A stretch of DNA of 64,000 nt from an uncultured Christensenella sp. (GTDB lineage Bacteria > Bacillota > Clostridia > Christensenellales > UBA3700). Of this stretch, positions 45,769 to 55,603 are shown piece by piece. The stretch is taken from assembly GCA_949284695.1 (NCBI GenBank), contig CASDWJ010000045.1, positions 41,871 to 105,870 on the forward strand, in the 5' to 3' direction. A program made the translations under genes and the position numbers. Under the pieces are notes generated by a model. It made no database searches and had not been told where the DNA came from. It worked only from the letters and a program-made list of their open reading frames with translations. How positions within the stretch are numbered: position 1 is the stretch's first letter; each line of letters starts with the position of its first letter.

Positions 45769-48392
45769 CAGTCCTTCATGCTGTCTATCTGAGATTGCAG
45801 TTTGAGCGCCTTCTCCCTGTTGGCCTGCAATTTCTGCTCTTCCTTTTCTATCAGAGCCTTGGGAGCCTTGGAAGTAAAGCCCGTATTGGCGAGCAATCCT
45901 TCGCTTCTCTTTATTTCGGAGAGCGTCTTTTCGAGATCCTGCTCAAGTCTCGCGATCTCCTTTCCGAAGTCGACGAGCTCTCCGAGCGGAACGACTATCT
46001 CACCGAAGCCGCCGAACAGCGAGACCGTCTTGCCCGTTATGCCCGACTTGTCCGCGCAGAAGTCTATATTTTCGACGCCCGCGAGCTTTTTGATATAGTC
46101 GGCTTCCTTCTCCTTGATCGGGCTTGCGACGAGGTGGATATTCACCTTTTTGGACGGCACGACGCCCTTTTCCGCTTTCATGTTGCGGATAGCGCGGATC
46201 GCGTCCATAACGTTTTCGAAATACGCCTTTTCCTTGGAATATCCGTATTTCTTCTCGTACTGCGGCCACGGCGCGAGCATTATCGTACCCTTGGTCGTGG
46301 GCAGGTTGCGGTATATCTCCTCCGTGATGAACGGCACGAACGGGTGCATCAGCTTAAGCACGTTTTCGAGCACGTACAGAAGCACGGTCACGGTGTTCGC
46401 CTTCTTGTCCGCGTCCTTGCCGTAAAGCGCCGTCTTGGACAGCTCGATGTACCAGTCGCAGAACTGAGACCATACGAAGTCGTAAAGTTTAGCGTTGGCG
46501 AGACCGAGTTCGTACTTGTTGAGTGCGGCGGTGACGTCCTTTATCGTGCGGTTGAGACCCGAAAGTATCCATTTGTCCGCTACGGTCAGTCTGAACGAGC
46601 CCATGGGTTTGACCTTGACTCCCTCCGCGTTCATAAGCACGAAACGCGACGCGTTCCACAGTTTATTCATAAAGTTGCGCGCGCTCTGCGTCTTTTCGTC
46701 GATATAGCGGGTGTCTCCGCCGGGAGAAATGCCCTGCGTCAGCGAGAATCTGAGGCTGTCTGCGCCATACTGCTTGATTACGTCGAGCGGGTCTACGCCG
46801 TTGCCGAGCGATTTGCTCATCTTCCTGCCGTACTGGTCGCGCACTATGCCGTGGATAAGCACTTCGGGGAACGGAATGTCTCCCATGTGCTCGAGACCCG
46901 AGAAAATCATTCTCGCGACCCAGAAGAATATGATGTCGTAGCCCGTTACCAAAAGGCTGTTGGGATAGAAATATTTCAGATCTTCCGTCTTGTCGGGATA
47001 ACCCAGCGTAGAGAACGGCCACAGCGCGCTCGAAAACCAGGTATCGAGCACGTCCTCGTCCTGTCTGAAATGCGTGCATCCGCATTTGGGGCAGACGGTC
47101 GGCTCCTCTTTCGCGACGACGGTCTCGCCGCACTGCTCGCAGTAATACGCGGGTATACGGTGACCCCACCAGAGCTGACGGGATACGCACCAGTCCTTTA
47201 TGTTCTCCATCCAGTTGAGGTAGACCTTGGAAAATCTGGACGGGATGAACTCCACCTTCTTTTTCCTGACTACGTCGATCGCGGGTTTTGCGAGCGCGTC
47301 CATTTTCACGAACCACTGCTTGGAGACGATCGGCTCCACGTTGCAACCGCAACGGTAGCACTGACCGACGTTGTGCTTGTAGTTCTCGATCCTGACCATA
47401 TAGCCGCCCTTCTCGAGATCTTCGACGATGACCTTTCTGCTCTCCTGTCTCGAAAGTCCGCAGTATTTGCCCGCGTTCTCGTTGAGGGAGCCGTCGTCGT
47501 TCATCACGCGGATAACCGGCAGATCGTGACGCTTGCCGACCTCAAAGTCGTTGGGGTCGTGAGCAGGGGTGATCTTGACAGCGCCGCTTCCGAAGTCCTT
47601 TTCTACGTAGTCGTCCGCAACGATCGGGATCTCTCTGCCTACAAGCGGCAGAATGAGCGTCTTGCCGACCATATCGGTATATCTCTCATCCTTGGGGTTG
47701 ACGGCTACCGCGGTGTCTCCGAGTATGGTCTCGGGACGGGTCGTCGCAACGACTATTTCGCCGCTGCCGTCGGCGAGCGGATACCTGATGTGCCAGAGGT
47801 GGGAATCCTGCTCGGTATACTCGACCTCTGCGTCGGACAGCGCAGTCTTACACGACGGGCACCAGTTGATTATCCTGTCTCCGCGGTATATCAGACCTTT
47901 GTTGTAGAGGTTGACGAACACTTCTTTGACAGCCTTGGAGCGCTGCTCGTCCATAGTGAACGCCATGCGCGACCAGTCGCATGAGGAACCGAGGAACCTC
48001 GTCTGCTTCTCTATCCTGTCGCCGTACTTTTCTTTCCATGCCCAGGCGCGCTTGAGAAAACCCTCTCTGCCTACGTCCTGTTTGGTCAGCCCCTCCTCCT
48101 CTTTCATGAGGTTGACTATCTTGACTTCGGTCGCGATAGACGCGTGGTCCACGCCGGGAAGCCACAGCGTGCAATAGCCGCACATACGCTTAAAGCGCGC
48201 GATGACGTCCTGCATCGTATGGTCGAGCGCGTGCCCGAGGTGCAGTTGTCCCGTTATATTGGGCGGCGGCATCATTATCGTAAACGGCTCTTTCTTCTTA
48301 TCGATGACCGCCTTGAAATAGCCTTTCTCCTCCCAATCCTTGTAGAGTCTGCTTTCAAACTCCTGAGGGTCGTAAGTCTTTGACATCTCCAT
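45768..48392 (-). CDS. valS: Valine--tRNA ligase
   Basis: PPPNITGQLHLGHAL (HIGH), KMSKSLGN and a C-terminal coiled coil; 874 aa. Confidence 0.97.
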   Translation of the reverse strand: MEMSKTYDPQEFESRLYKDWEEKGYFKAVIDKKKEPFTIMMPPPNITGQLHLGHALDHTMQDVIARFKRMCGYCTLWLPGVDHASIATEVKIVNLMKEEEGLTKQDVGREGFLKRAWAWKEKYGDRIEKQTRFLGSSCDWSRMAFTMDEQRSKAVKEVFVNLYNKGLIYRGDRIINWCPSCKTALSDAEVEYTEQDSHLWHIRYPLADGSGEIVVATTRPETILGDTAVAVNPKDERYTDMVGKTLILPLVGREIPIVADDYVEKDFGSGAVKITPAHDPNDFEVGKRHDLPVIRVMNDDGSLNENAGKYCGLSRQESRKVIVEDLEKGGYMVRIENYKHNVGQCYRCGCNVEPIVSKQWFVKMDALAKPAIDVVRKKKVEFIPSRFSKVYLNWMENIKDWCVSRQLWWGHRIPAYYCEQCGETVVAKEEPTVCPKCGCTHFRQDEDVLDTWFSSALWPFSTLGYPDKTEDLKYFYPNSLLVTGYDIIFFWVARMIFSGLEHMGDIPFPEVLIHGIVRDQYGRKMSKSLGNGVDPLDVIKQYGADSLRFSLTQGISPGGDTRYIDEKTQSARNFMNKLWNASRFVLMNAEGVKVKPMGSFRLTVADKWILSGLNRTIKDVTAALNKYELGLANAKLYDFVWSQFCDWYIELSKTALYGKDADKKANTVTVLLYVLENVLKLMHPFVPFITEEIYRNLPTTKGTIMLAPWPQYEKKYGYSKEKAYFENVMDAIRAIRNMKAEKGVVPSKKVNIHLVASPIKEKEADYIKKLAGVENIDFCADKSGITGKTVSLFGGFGEIVVPLGELVDFGKEIARLEQDLEKTLSEIKRSEGLLANTGFTSKAPKALIEKEEQKLQANREKALKLQSQIDSMKD

Positions 48393-48439
48393 TTTGTTTA
48401 CCTCTGTATATTTGTCACAAATTGTTATCTTTTAAACTG

Positions 48440-48673
48440 TTACGCGCACAATACCGCGGTTATCCCGCCCGCAAGAAGCAACACCGCGCCGACTATCCTG
48501 ACGACGTTGCGCACGAAATCAGGACTATCCTTCTTCACGGGGAACATATCCGCTATGACCCCGCTCCCGAGCACGGTTATAAGCCCGACGACCATGAGCA
48601 CGATACCGACGATGACGCCCGGCTCGAGAAGCCTGTCGGGACTGAACTCGAGTATTGCCGAAAGAAGCGTCAT
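48440..48673 (-). CDS. Small two-TM membrane protein (77 aa)
   Basis: Two hydrophobic helices. The ATGA start/stop overlap with pgsA suggests translational coupling. Confidence 0.5.
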   Translation of the reverse strand: MTLLSAILEFSPDRLLEPGVIVGIVLMVVGLITVLGSGVIADMFPVKKDSPDFVRNVVRIVGAVLLLAGGITAVLCA

Positions 48674-49458
48674 TCCTTGTCTCCGTCGGACGACCCGGTA
48701 TCTTCTCCCGCCGTCTCCTCTTTTTTCTCCTCGGCTTCCTGATCTTTGGCGACCACGTCGACCATGACGCTTTTATTGCGGTAATCCTTGAGACCGTACT
48801 CGGCTCTGACGACGGCGATATTCCTGCCGTCGAGCGGATTGCCGTTCTTGTCGAGGACCTCGAGTATCCCGCTCTTTCTGACCTGAGAGAGCTGTTTGCA
48901 GTATATCACGGTGTATTGCGTCGCCGCGGCAACGGCGAGCGCGCTTCCTATGCACAGGATCACGAGATCGGCGATCTCTATCACCTTACTGAAAGGCACG
49001 AGGAACGCGAAGAACAACCCGATGAACACGGTCAGCGCGGCGTATTTGCCCCACTTGTTCGCCATCTGCTCGACCTGACGCTTGCTCGCTCTCATGAAGT
49101 ATTTGCTCGTAACGCCGATGAATATCTCCTTGGCGACGATTATCACGACGAACGCCCAGTTCACGATGCCCGAAATGCCGAGCATGAGTATCGCAAAGCC
49201 TTGCAGAAGTTTGTCCGCGACGGGATCGAGCACTTTGCCGATGTCCGAGATCAGATTGAACCGTCTCGCGATATAGCCGTCCGCGATGTCAGTCGCGCTG
49301 GCGAACACGAACAGACCGAACGCCGCCCAGAGATACTCCGTCGCCGTCTTGTCCACGCAATAAGCGATCATCATTCCTATAAAAACGGGTACGCAGATAA
49401 GTCTGATATAAGTCAGGATATTGGGTACCGTGAAAAGGTCTTTTTTGGAAAACTGCAT
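48670..49458 (-). CDS. pgsA: CDP-diacylglycerol--glycerol-3-phosphate 3-phosphatidyltransferase with an acidic C-terminal extension
   Basis: CDP-alcohol phosphatidyltransferase motif DIADGYIARRFNLISDIGKVLDPVADKL. Confidence 0.85.
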   Translation of the reverse strand: MQFSKKDLFTVPNILTYIRLICVPVFIGMMIAYCVDKTATEYLWAAFGLFVFASATDIADGYIARRFNLISDIGKVLDPVADKLLQGFAILMLGISGIVNWAFVVIIVAKEIFIGVTSKYFMRASKRQVEQMANKWGKYAALTVFIGLFFAFLVPFSKVIEIADLVILCIGSALAVAAATQYTVIYCKQLSQVRKSGILEVLDKNGNPLDGRNIAVVRAEYGLKDYRNKSVMVDVVAKDQEAEEKKEETAGEDTGSSDGDKE

Positions 49459-49490
49459 ATAGCCTCGCTGTCGATGTGTTGTACTTTTGA

Positions 49491-49519
49491 ATTATAGCAC
49501 ATGCAATGCCCGTTATCAA
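49491..49519 (-). promoter_or_regulatory. Candidate sigma-A promoter for the pgsA-valS operon
   Basis: -35 TTGATA (49519-49514), a 17-nt spacer and -10 TATAAT (49496-49491). Confidence 0.55.
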
Positions 49520-49938
49520 CACTTTAATTATATATATTGCACAAAAATGTATGCGTTACGCGCGCGGGTTTTATGTGTTCGCGGCGCGCATGCGGGTCGC
49601 ACTCCCGCTCGTTTCCCCCCGTAGTTCGCGCTCTCCCGCCCGTAATCCCTGCCGGTAACGGCAAGAACTGCGGCAAACGATCATTTGAGTTTTCTCTCCG
49701 CGGTACGGTACCGTACAACTATATTGCGCCGTCAATAAGCAACGTACGACGTGCGCTTCCCTCGTCAGAGGCAGCAGACAGTCCTTGCCGATACCCCGAG
49801 TTCACCGTTATCAGCGCTTTGCCGTCAAAACAAACCGTTTCGTCCATAAATATTTTGTGATTCCCTCTCCCGCCGCGTACCAAATCGCTCTCTTTTGAAT
49901 ACTATGTATTATGTCTTTGAGACAACATAGGAGGCAAA

Positions 49939-50952
49939 ATGAAAAAGACTTTAACATTACTCCTGATCTGCTGTATGCTCGCCGTGGCGACGGTTTTCTG
50001 CTTCGCCGGCTGCAACACGGAACAGGACACGATCAGACTCATCGAAGTCACCCACTCGGTTTTCTACGCTCCCCTCTACGTCGCGATAGACGGCGGTTAC
50101 TTCGAGGAAGAAGGCGTACAGGTAGAGCTGTCCAACGGCGGCGGCGCGGACAAATGTATGACCGCGGTGCTGTCGGGTCAGGCGGACATAGGGTTTCACG
50201 GTCCCGAAGCGGTGATATACGTCGCGGGCGAGAAGGACGCGGATTTTCCGATAATGTTCGGGCAACTGACAGAAAAGGACGGCTCTTTCCTTATGTCGAG
50301 AGAACCTATCCCCGATTTTGAATGGAGCGATATGGCGGGCAAAGAAGTCATCGGCGGCAGGCGCGGCGGCGTACCCGCAATGGCGCTCGAGCACGCCATG
50401 CTCGTAAACGGGCTGACCGACGGGGTCAACGTGACGATCAACTACGACGTCCAGTACGACCTTATCGGCGCGGCGTTCATAAGCGGTACGGGCGATTTCT
50501 GCACGATGTTCGAACCCGCGGCGTCCGAAATGCAGGCGCAGAGCAACGGATATATCGTGGCTTCGGTCGGCGAAGCGGCGGGCGATATGCCGTTCACCGC
50601 TTTCAGCGCAAAACAGAGCTATATAGAAAAGAACCCCGACAAAATACAGGCTTTCTGCAACGCGATCGCCCGCGCCATAGAATACGTATACAACACCGAC
50701 AGCGAGGAGATCGCAAGGCTGATCTCGCCCTCTTTCGCAGGTACCGACATAGCCACGCTCGCGAACGCGATACAGGCTTATAAGGACATCGGCGCGTACA
50801 GCCCGACTCTCGTACCCGACGAGGAGGACTTCGACAGACTTCAGGACGTGATAATCGAAGCGGGAGTGCTTACCGAAAAGACGGATTTTGCAAAAATAGT
50901 CGATCTGTCCTTCGCCAAAAAAGCGACCGAATACGCAAGATCGCTCGCCTGA
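49939..50952 (+). CDS. ABC transporter substrate-binding lipoprotein (NMT1/SsuA-like), second copy in the window
   Basis: Signal peptide with lipobox FAGC, and a GGAGG RBS. Confidence 0.8.
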   Translation: MKKTLTLLLICCMLAVATVFCFAGCNTEQDTIRLIEVTHSVFYAPLYVAIDGGYFEEEGVQVELSNGGGADKCMTAVLSGQADIGFHGPEAVIYVAGEKDADFPIMFGQLTEKDGSFLMSREPIPDFEWSDMAGKEVIGGRRGGVPAMALEHAMLVNGLTDGVNVTINYDVQYDLIGAAFISGTGDFCTMFEPAASEMQAQSNGYIVASVGEAAGDMPFTAFSAKQSYIEKNPDKIQAFCNAIARAIEYVYNTDSEEIARLISPSFAGTDIATLANAIQAYKDIGAYSPTLVPDEEDFDRLQDVIIEAGVLTEKTDFAKIVDLSFAKKATEYARSLA

Positions 50953-50974
50953 TCGCGCTTCGGAGGTGAGAAAA

Positions 50975-51844
50975 ATGACGGAAAAAAAGTTTGCCGTCAG
51001 AGATACGACAGCTATCGGTACAACGGGTAAAAACGCGGGCGCGCCTCGTCCGCCGTCAGTTGAGGACGCTTGCGGCGACGCGCTCGTCAGTTTTAAAAAC
51101 GTATCGCTGACCTATCACGACAAGACGGGCGAGACTCTCGCTCTCGACGGGCTGAATTTTGATGTACGCCGCGGAGAACTTCTGGGCGTGGTGGGTCCGA
51201 GCGGTTGCGGCAAGACAACCGTTTTATCCATAATATCTTCGATAATAACCCCGTCGTCGGGAGAGGTCCTGATAGACGGCGCGCCGCCCGCGGAAAGACG
51301 GGACGAATGCGGATATATGCTTCAGCGCGACGAGCTGTTCCCGTGGCTGACCATATCTCAGAACGTACTGCTCGGCGCGAAGATAAAGAAGATGAAAGAC
51401 AGGCGCGAATACGCCTATGCGCTTCTCGACAAATACGGGCTCGGCGACTTCAGGGACCGCTACCCGTCTCAGCTTTCGGGAGGCATGCGGCAGAGAGTCG
51501 CGCTGATACGCACGCTCGCCACGTCGCCCGAACTGCTCCTGCTCGACGAGCCTTTCGGCGCGCTCGACTTTCAGACGCGTCTCAACGTCGTAGAGGACGT
51601 GCACTCGATAATAAAAAACGAGAAAAAGACGGCGGTATTCGTGACGCACGACATCTCCGAGGCGATATCGATGTGCGACAGGATAATCATTCTGTCCGCG
51701 CGTCCCTCAAAGGTGAAAAAGATCGTCGATCTCTCCCCGATAGGAGAGCTTTCTCCGCTCACGCGCAGAGAGTCTCCGCTCTTTCAGAAGTACTCGCACG
51801 ACATCTGGGAAAACCTTCAGAACAAAAAGGAAAAACGCTTATGA
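50975..51844 (+). CDS. ABC transporter ATP-binding protein (SsuB/TauB-like)
   Basis: GPSGCGKTT, LSGGMRQRV, LLLLDEPF and THD. ATG 50975 follows a GGAGGTGAG RBS. Confidence 0.9.
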   Translation: MTEKKFAVRDTTAIGTTGKNAGAPRPPSVEDACGDALVSFKNVSLTYHDKTGETLALDGLNFDVRRGELLGVVGPSGCGKTTVLSIISSIITPSSGEVLIDGAPPAERRDECGYMLQRDELFPWLTISQNVLLGAKIKKMKDRREYAYALLDKYGLGDFRDRYPSQLSGGMRQRVALIRTLATSPELLLLDEPFGALDFQTRLNVVEDVHSIIKNEKKTAVFVTHDISEAISMCDRIIILSARPSKVKKIVDLSPIGELSPLTRRESPLFQKYSHDIWENLQNKKEKRL

Positions 51845-52656
51845 AAAAGAACACGGACTACTCTCCCGAACACATAAAGTATCTCAACGGGCAGAAGCGC
51901 AGACGCGCGTTTATATCCGCAATGCGCTGGGGAGTGCTCGTCGTCGTGATAGCGCTGTGGGAATTGCTGGCGCGCGTAGGCGCGATAGACTCTTTCATCA
52001 CTTCGTCGCCGAGCAGGATATGGGATACTTTTCTGTCGCTGTGCAAAGACGGGTCACTTTTCACCCACGCGGGAGTCACGCTGTACGAGACGGTCGTCAG
52101 CTTCCTGCTCGCGACCGCGCTCGGCACGGTCATAGCGATAGCGCTCTGGTGGTGCGACACTTTGCGCAACGTGCTCGAGCCTCATCTCGTCGTACTCAAC
52201 GCGCTGCCCAAGATAGCGCTCGGACCGATAATAATAATATGGGTCGGCGCGGGCACGGGCGCGATAATAGTAATGGCGCTGATGATCTCGCTGATAATCA
52301 CGGTGCTGAGCACGCTCAACGGCTTTATGGAAGTCGACAAAGGCAAACTCACTCTGCTCGACACGATGAACGCGACAAAACTGCAAAAACTCGTATATCT
52401 TGTCCTGCCGTCAAATGTACCCACGATAATCTCGGCGCTCAAGATCAACGTCGGACTGTGCTGGGTCGGCACGATAATGGGAGAATATCTCGTATCGCGC
52501 GCGGGACTCGGATATCTGATAATATACGGCGGTCAGGTATTCAGACTCGACCTCGTTATGACGAGCACGGTGGTATTGTGCATACTCGCGGCGCTTATGT
52601 ACGCCTGCGTAGCACTCCTCGAGAAGCTCGCTTATAAAAAATTCGGGAAAAACTGA
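51841..52656 (+). CDS. ABC transporter permease (SsuC/TauC-like)
   Basis: MKKNTDYSPEH... begins with an ATGA overlap on the ATPase stop. The first 212 codons of the 483-aa track ORF lie inside the ATPase gene in another frame. Confidence 0.85.
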   Translation: MKKNTDYSPEHIKYLNGQKRRRAFISAMRWGVLVVVIALWELLARVGAIDSFITSSPSRIWDTFLSLCKDGSLFTHAGVTLYETVVSFLLATALGTVIAIALWWCDTLRNVLEPHLVVLNALPKIALGPIIIIWVGAGTGAIIVMALMISLIITVLSTLNGFMEVDKGKLTLLDTMNATKLQKLVYLVLPSNVPTIISALKINVGLCWVGTIMGEYLVSRAGLGYLIIYGGQVFRLDLVMTSTVVLCILAALMYACVALLEKLAYKKFGKN

Positions 52657-52725
52657 TACGGTCGGCGGCGCGTCGGAACGGTTTTGCGACGCGCCTGTCG
52701 GCTTTGAGCGCGGGAGCGCCCGCCT

Positions 52726-53748
52726 TTATACCCGCCCTGCAGAGTCAACTTCGTTCTTCTTACGCTTCAATGCCGCTCTCTTTATAAATGGATATGCCAT
52801 GCCCGCAACAAAAGCGACGGCAAAAACTCCGCTTGCAACTGCCGCGATGAACGGATAGAACAGATCGACGGCGGCAGAAAAATTCCAGCCGTAAGACGCA
52901 AGAGTCAGCAACAGAAGCACCGCCGTCACGCTGATCGGGGACGGCAGAACTCTGCTTAGCCCGTCTCCGAGACTTTTCGCCGCGCCTACGAGCGTGGTGA
53001 TTATCGCTATCCCCACTACCACCGCGCCCAAAAGTCCCGAGCCGTGAGCGGCGCAAAGAGAATATATCGGCATTTCCGACGTCGGATAATCGCTTGCGGC
53101 GCAGTAAACGAAAAAGGTCATCGCGCCGAGCACCGCCGCGCATACAGCGCCGATAACGACTATGTCCGTCGCGCCCGCTCTTTCCCCGTCCTTCACTGCG
53201 AGACAGCCGCCGAGAAGCATGTTCATCGAAAGATACTTGATGCAGGGCAGCGGATATATCGGCAATGCGCTGACCTCGCCCGAACTCTTGAACCAAAGCG
53301 CCGCGAGAAGCGCAAAGAGCAGAGGCACAAGCGCAATATTTATCCTGCCGACGGCTTTCGCGCCCACCGAACTCAAAGCGACGCAGACCGCCGCAAGCGC
53401 GAATCCGACGAATTTTCCTGCGCGGGTATCCGCAAACAAGCTCTGCAGACCGCCCGTCATGGTCGTCATCGTCAGAAGCATACAAATCTGTATCAGCACA
53501 AAAAGCGCCGCTTTGGCGACCTCGATTATTTTCCCGCCCGCAATCGCTTTTATATCAAAACCCGCAAAGACTTTTCCTATGCAGAGAAAGAGAGACGCGC
53601 ACGCACCCATCGCAATGCCCGTAAGAAGCGGAGCGAGCCAGCCGCAGTCGCCGAAAAACAGGACGATCTCCCTTCCCGTAGCGAATCCCGCGCCGACGAT
53701 CGCGCCCACGTAAACGCTCGCCGTCTTTAATCTCTCAGTCGCAGTCAC
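52726..53748 (-). CDS. YkvI-like polytopic membrane protein (start uncertain)
   Basis: VYVGAIVGAGFATGREIVLFF resembles the YkvI family N-terminus. I chose GTG at 53748, but there is no clear RBS. The ORF is open up to 53859. Confidence 0.5.
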   Translation of the reverse strand: MTATERLKTASVYVGAIVGAGFATGREIVLFFGDCGWLAPLLTGIAMGACASLFLCIGKVFAGFDIKAIAGGKIIEVAKAALFVLIQICMLLTMTTMTGGLQSLFADTRAGKFVGFALAAVCVALSSVGAKAVGRINIALVPLLFALLAALWFKSSGEVSALPIYPLPCIKYLSMNMLLGGCLAVKDGERAGATDIVVIGAVCAAVLGAMTFFVYCAASDYPTSEMPIYSLCAAHGSGLLGAVVVGIAIITTLVGAAKSLGDGLSRVLPSPISVTAVLLLLTLASYGWNFSAAVDLFYPFIAAVASGVFAVAFVAGMAYPFIKRAALKRKKNEVDSAGRV

Positions 53749-53993
53749 ACAAATAGATATGCCGTATTTCCCGCGCGTATGCACATGTGCAGAGAACGAG
53801 CGCACCTTGCGCCCGCGCCTACGAGTGCAAAAACCGCAATCATTCACGTCTTTACGCATAAATCACGATGATCCGACCCATGCGACAAACACATTGAGTA
53901 TATCCGAATAACAATAGTCAAAACCTACACGGGTGCGAAAATTTTATTATATTGCTCTGATCTGTCACATCGTTTACCCGTATAAAACGCGCA

Positions 53994-54021
53994 TGAAAAA
54001 ACGGAAGCAAAAAGCTTCCGT
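53994..54021 (-). terminator. Rho-independent terminator after yhbY
   Basis: Minus strand reads acggaagc-ttttt-gcttccgt followed by tttttt. Confidence 0.8.
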
Positions 54022-54046
54022 CCCGTTGCCTTCTTACTACGCAAAG

Positions 54047-54340
54047 TCACACTTCGAGCAGATGTTTTACGCCCTCTTTGGTCGACACCTTATAAAGCGT
54101 TATCTTGTTGCCGAGCACCTGCACGACTTCCGCGCCGACGCTCTCCGCCAGTTCGGGAGCAAGCGTCTTAGCCGAATAATCGCTGTTCTTAAGCACGTTG
54201 ATCTTGACGAGTTCGTGCGCCTGAAGCTGCTCCGAAAGCTGGATAGCGACTTCTTCGGTCACTCCGTTCTTGCCTATATGGGTGGTGGGTTGCATCGTCA
54301 TCGCGATGCTTCTCAGTTTTGCCCTTTCTTTCGTAGTCAT
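54047..54340 (-). CDS. yhbY: Ribosome assembly RNA-binding protein YhbY (CRM domain)
   Basis: LRSIAMTMQPTTHIGKNGVT...ELVKINVL is typical YhbY. Confidence 0.88.
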   Translation of the reverse strand: MTTKERAKLRSIAMTMQPTTHIGKNGVTEEVAIQLSEQLQAHELVKINVLKNSDYSAKTLAPELAESVGAEVVQVLGNKITLYKVSTKEGVKHLLEV

Positions 54341-54343
54341 ATA

Positions 54344-55597
54344 TTACTCCTGATATTCGAATTCTATGTCGAGGATACGCACGACGTCGCCGTCTTGTAT
54401 TCCCTTTTCTCTGAGCGCGTCGTAAACGCCGAGTTTCTGCAGTCTGCTCTGGAAGTACTGGAAAGACTCGTAATCGCTGAGCACTACCACGCGCGCGAGA
54501 TAATTGACGAGACCGCCCGACACGACGTATGCGCCGTCGTCCGCGATATCTATCTCGTAACCGCCCTTCTCGTCCTCCTCGACGAAAGTTGCCTCGAAAG
54601 GTGTCGTCTTGGGCAAAGTGGGAAGTATCCTCGCGATCTCGGCAAGCAGATCCTTGAGACCGCTGTTAGTCGCCGCGCTTATCCTTATCACCTTTTTGCC
54701 CGACTTTCTCTCAAACTCCTCTATATTGGAATCGTCTGTCAGAAGGTCGCATTTGTTGGCGCAGACGATCTGCGGAAGCGAGCCGAGCTTTGCGCTGTAC
54801 TGGCTGAGTTCGTTGTTTATCTTCAGATAATCGTCGTACGGATCTCTGCCCTCGCTGCCCGATATGTCTATCACGTGGACAATGAGTCGCACGCGCTCGA
54901 TATGTCGCAAGAATCTCGTCCCGAGACCCGCACCCTGCCATGCGCCCTCGATAAGTCCGGGGATATCCGCCACGACGAAGCGCTGATCGTAATATTCCGC
55001 GACTCCGAGGTTGGGATTGAGGGTCGTGAAGTGGTAGTTGGCTATCTTGGGTCTTGCGCCCGAGACCACGGAAAGTATCGTGGATTTACCCACGTTGGGG
55101 AAGCCTACGAGACCCACGTCGGCTATCGTCTTGAGTTCGAGAGTGAGTTCTCGCTCCTTGGTCGTGACGCCGCGGTGACTGAAATGGGGCGCTCTGCGCT
55201 GAGCGGTCGCGAATCTCGCGTTGCCTTTGCCGCCTTTGCCTCCCTTTTCGCAGACGAACTCGCTGCCCGGGTAGAACATATCCGCGAGAATCGTGTCCGT
55301 CTTTTTATCCTTTATTATAGTGCCGCACGGGACTTTGATTATCATGTCCTTGCCGCTCTTTCCCGTGCAGTTTTTCGCGCCGCCTTTAGCGCCGTCCTCC
55401 GCGCGGAAGTGCTTAGCGTAGCGGAAGTCGATAAGCGTGGCAGAAGTGTCCTCGGCGATGAAAATAACGTCGCCGCCTTTACCTCCGTCGCCGCCGTCGG
55501 GACCGCCGTTGGCTACGTACTTTTCGGTATGAAAGGATATCGCTCCGTCGCCGCCGTTGCCCGCTTTGACGAAAATGGTAGCTATATCGAGAAACAT
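54344..55597 (-). CDS. obg: GTPase Obg/CgtA
   Basis: Glycine-rich Obg fold GNGGDGAISFH...GGPDGGDGGKGGDVIF, G1 GFPNVGKST, and a C-terminal OCT-like domain. Confidence 0.95.
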   Translation of the reverse strand: MFLDIATIFVKAGNGGDGAISFHTEKYVANGGPDGGDGGKGGDVIFIAEDTSATLIDFRYAKHFRAEDGAKGGAKNCTGKSGKDMIIKVPCGTIIKDKKTDTILADMFYPGSEFVCEKGGKGGKGNARFATAQRRAPHFSHRGVTTKERELTLELKTIADVGLVGFPNVGKSTILSVVSGARPKIANYHFTTLNPNLGVAEYYDQRFVVADIPGLIEGAWQGAGLGTRFLRHIERVRLIVHVIDISGSEGRDPYDDYLKINNELSQYSAKLGSLPQIVCANKCDLLTDDSNIEEFERKSGKKVIRISAATNSGLKDLLAEIARILPTLPKTTPFEATFVEEDEKGGYEIDIADDGAYVVSGGLVNYLARVVVLSDYESFQYFQSRLQKLGVYDALREKGIQDGDVVRILDIEFEYQE

Positions 55598-55603
55598 AAA
55601 GGA

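Noticed and set aside
43903-47984. Plus-strand ORFs of 629 aa and 729 aa (43903-45792 and 45795-47984).
   Set aside because: They are antisense to the two membrane-protein genes, the HAD hydrolase gene and valS. valS carries HIGH and KMSKS motifs, so the minus-strand reading is the real one.
48393-48439. The T-box riboswitch expected upstream of valS.
   Set aside because: Only 47 nt separate valS from the preceding co-directional gene. No AGGGUGGUACCGCG-type T-box core occurs there or upstream of pgsA.
51205-51840. The N-terminal 212 codons of the 483-aa ORF 51205-52656.
   Set aside because: This part lies wholly inside the ABC ATPase gene in another frame and is Arg-rich. The permease begins at ATG 51841, with an ATGA overlap on the ATPase stop.
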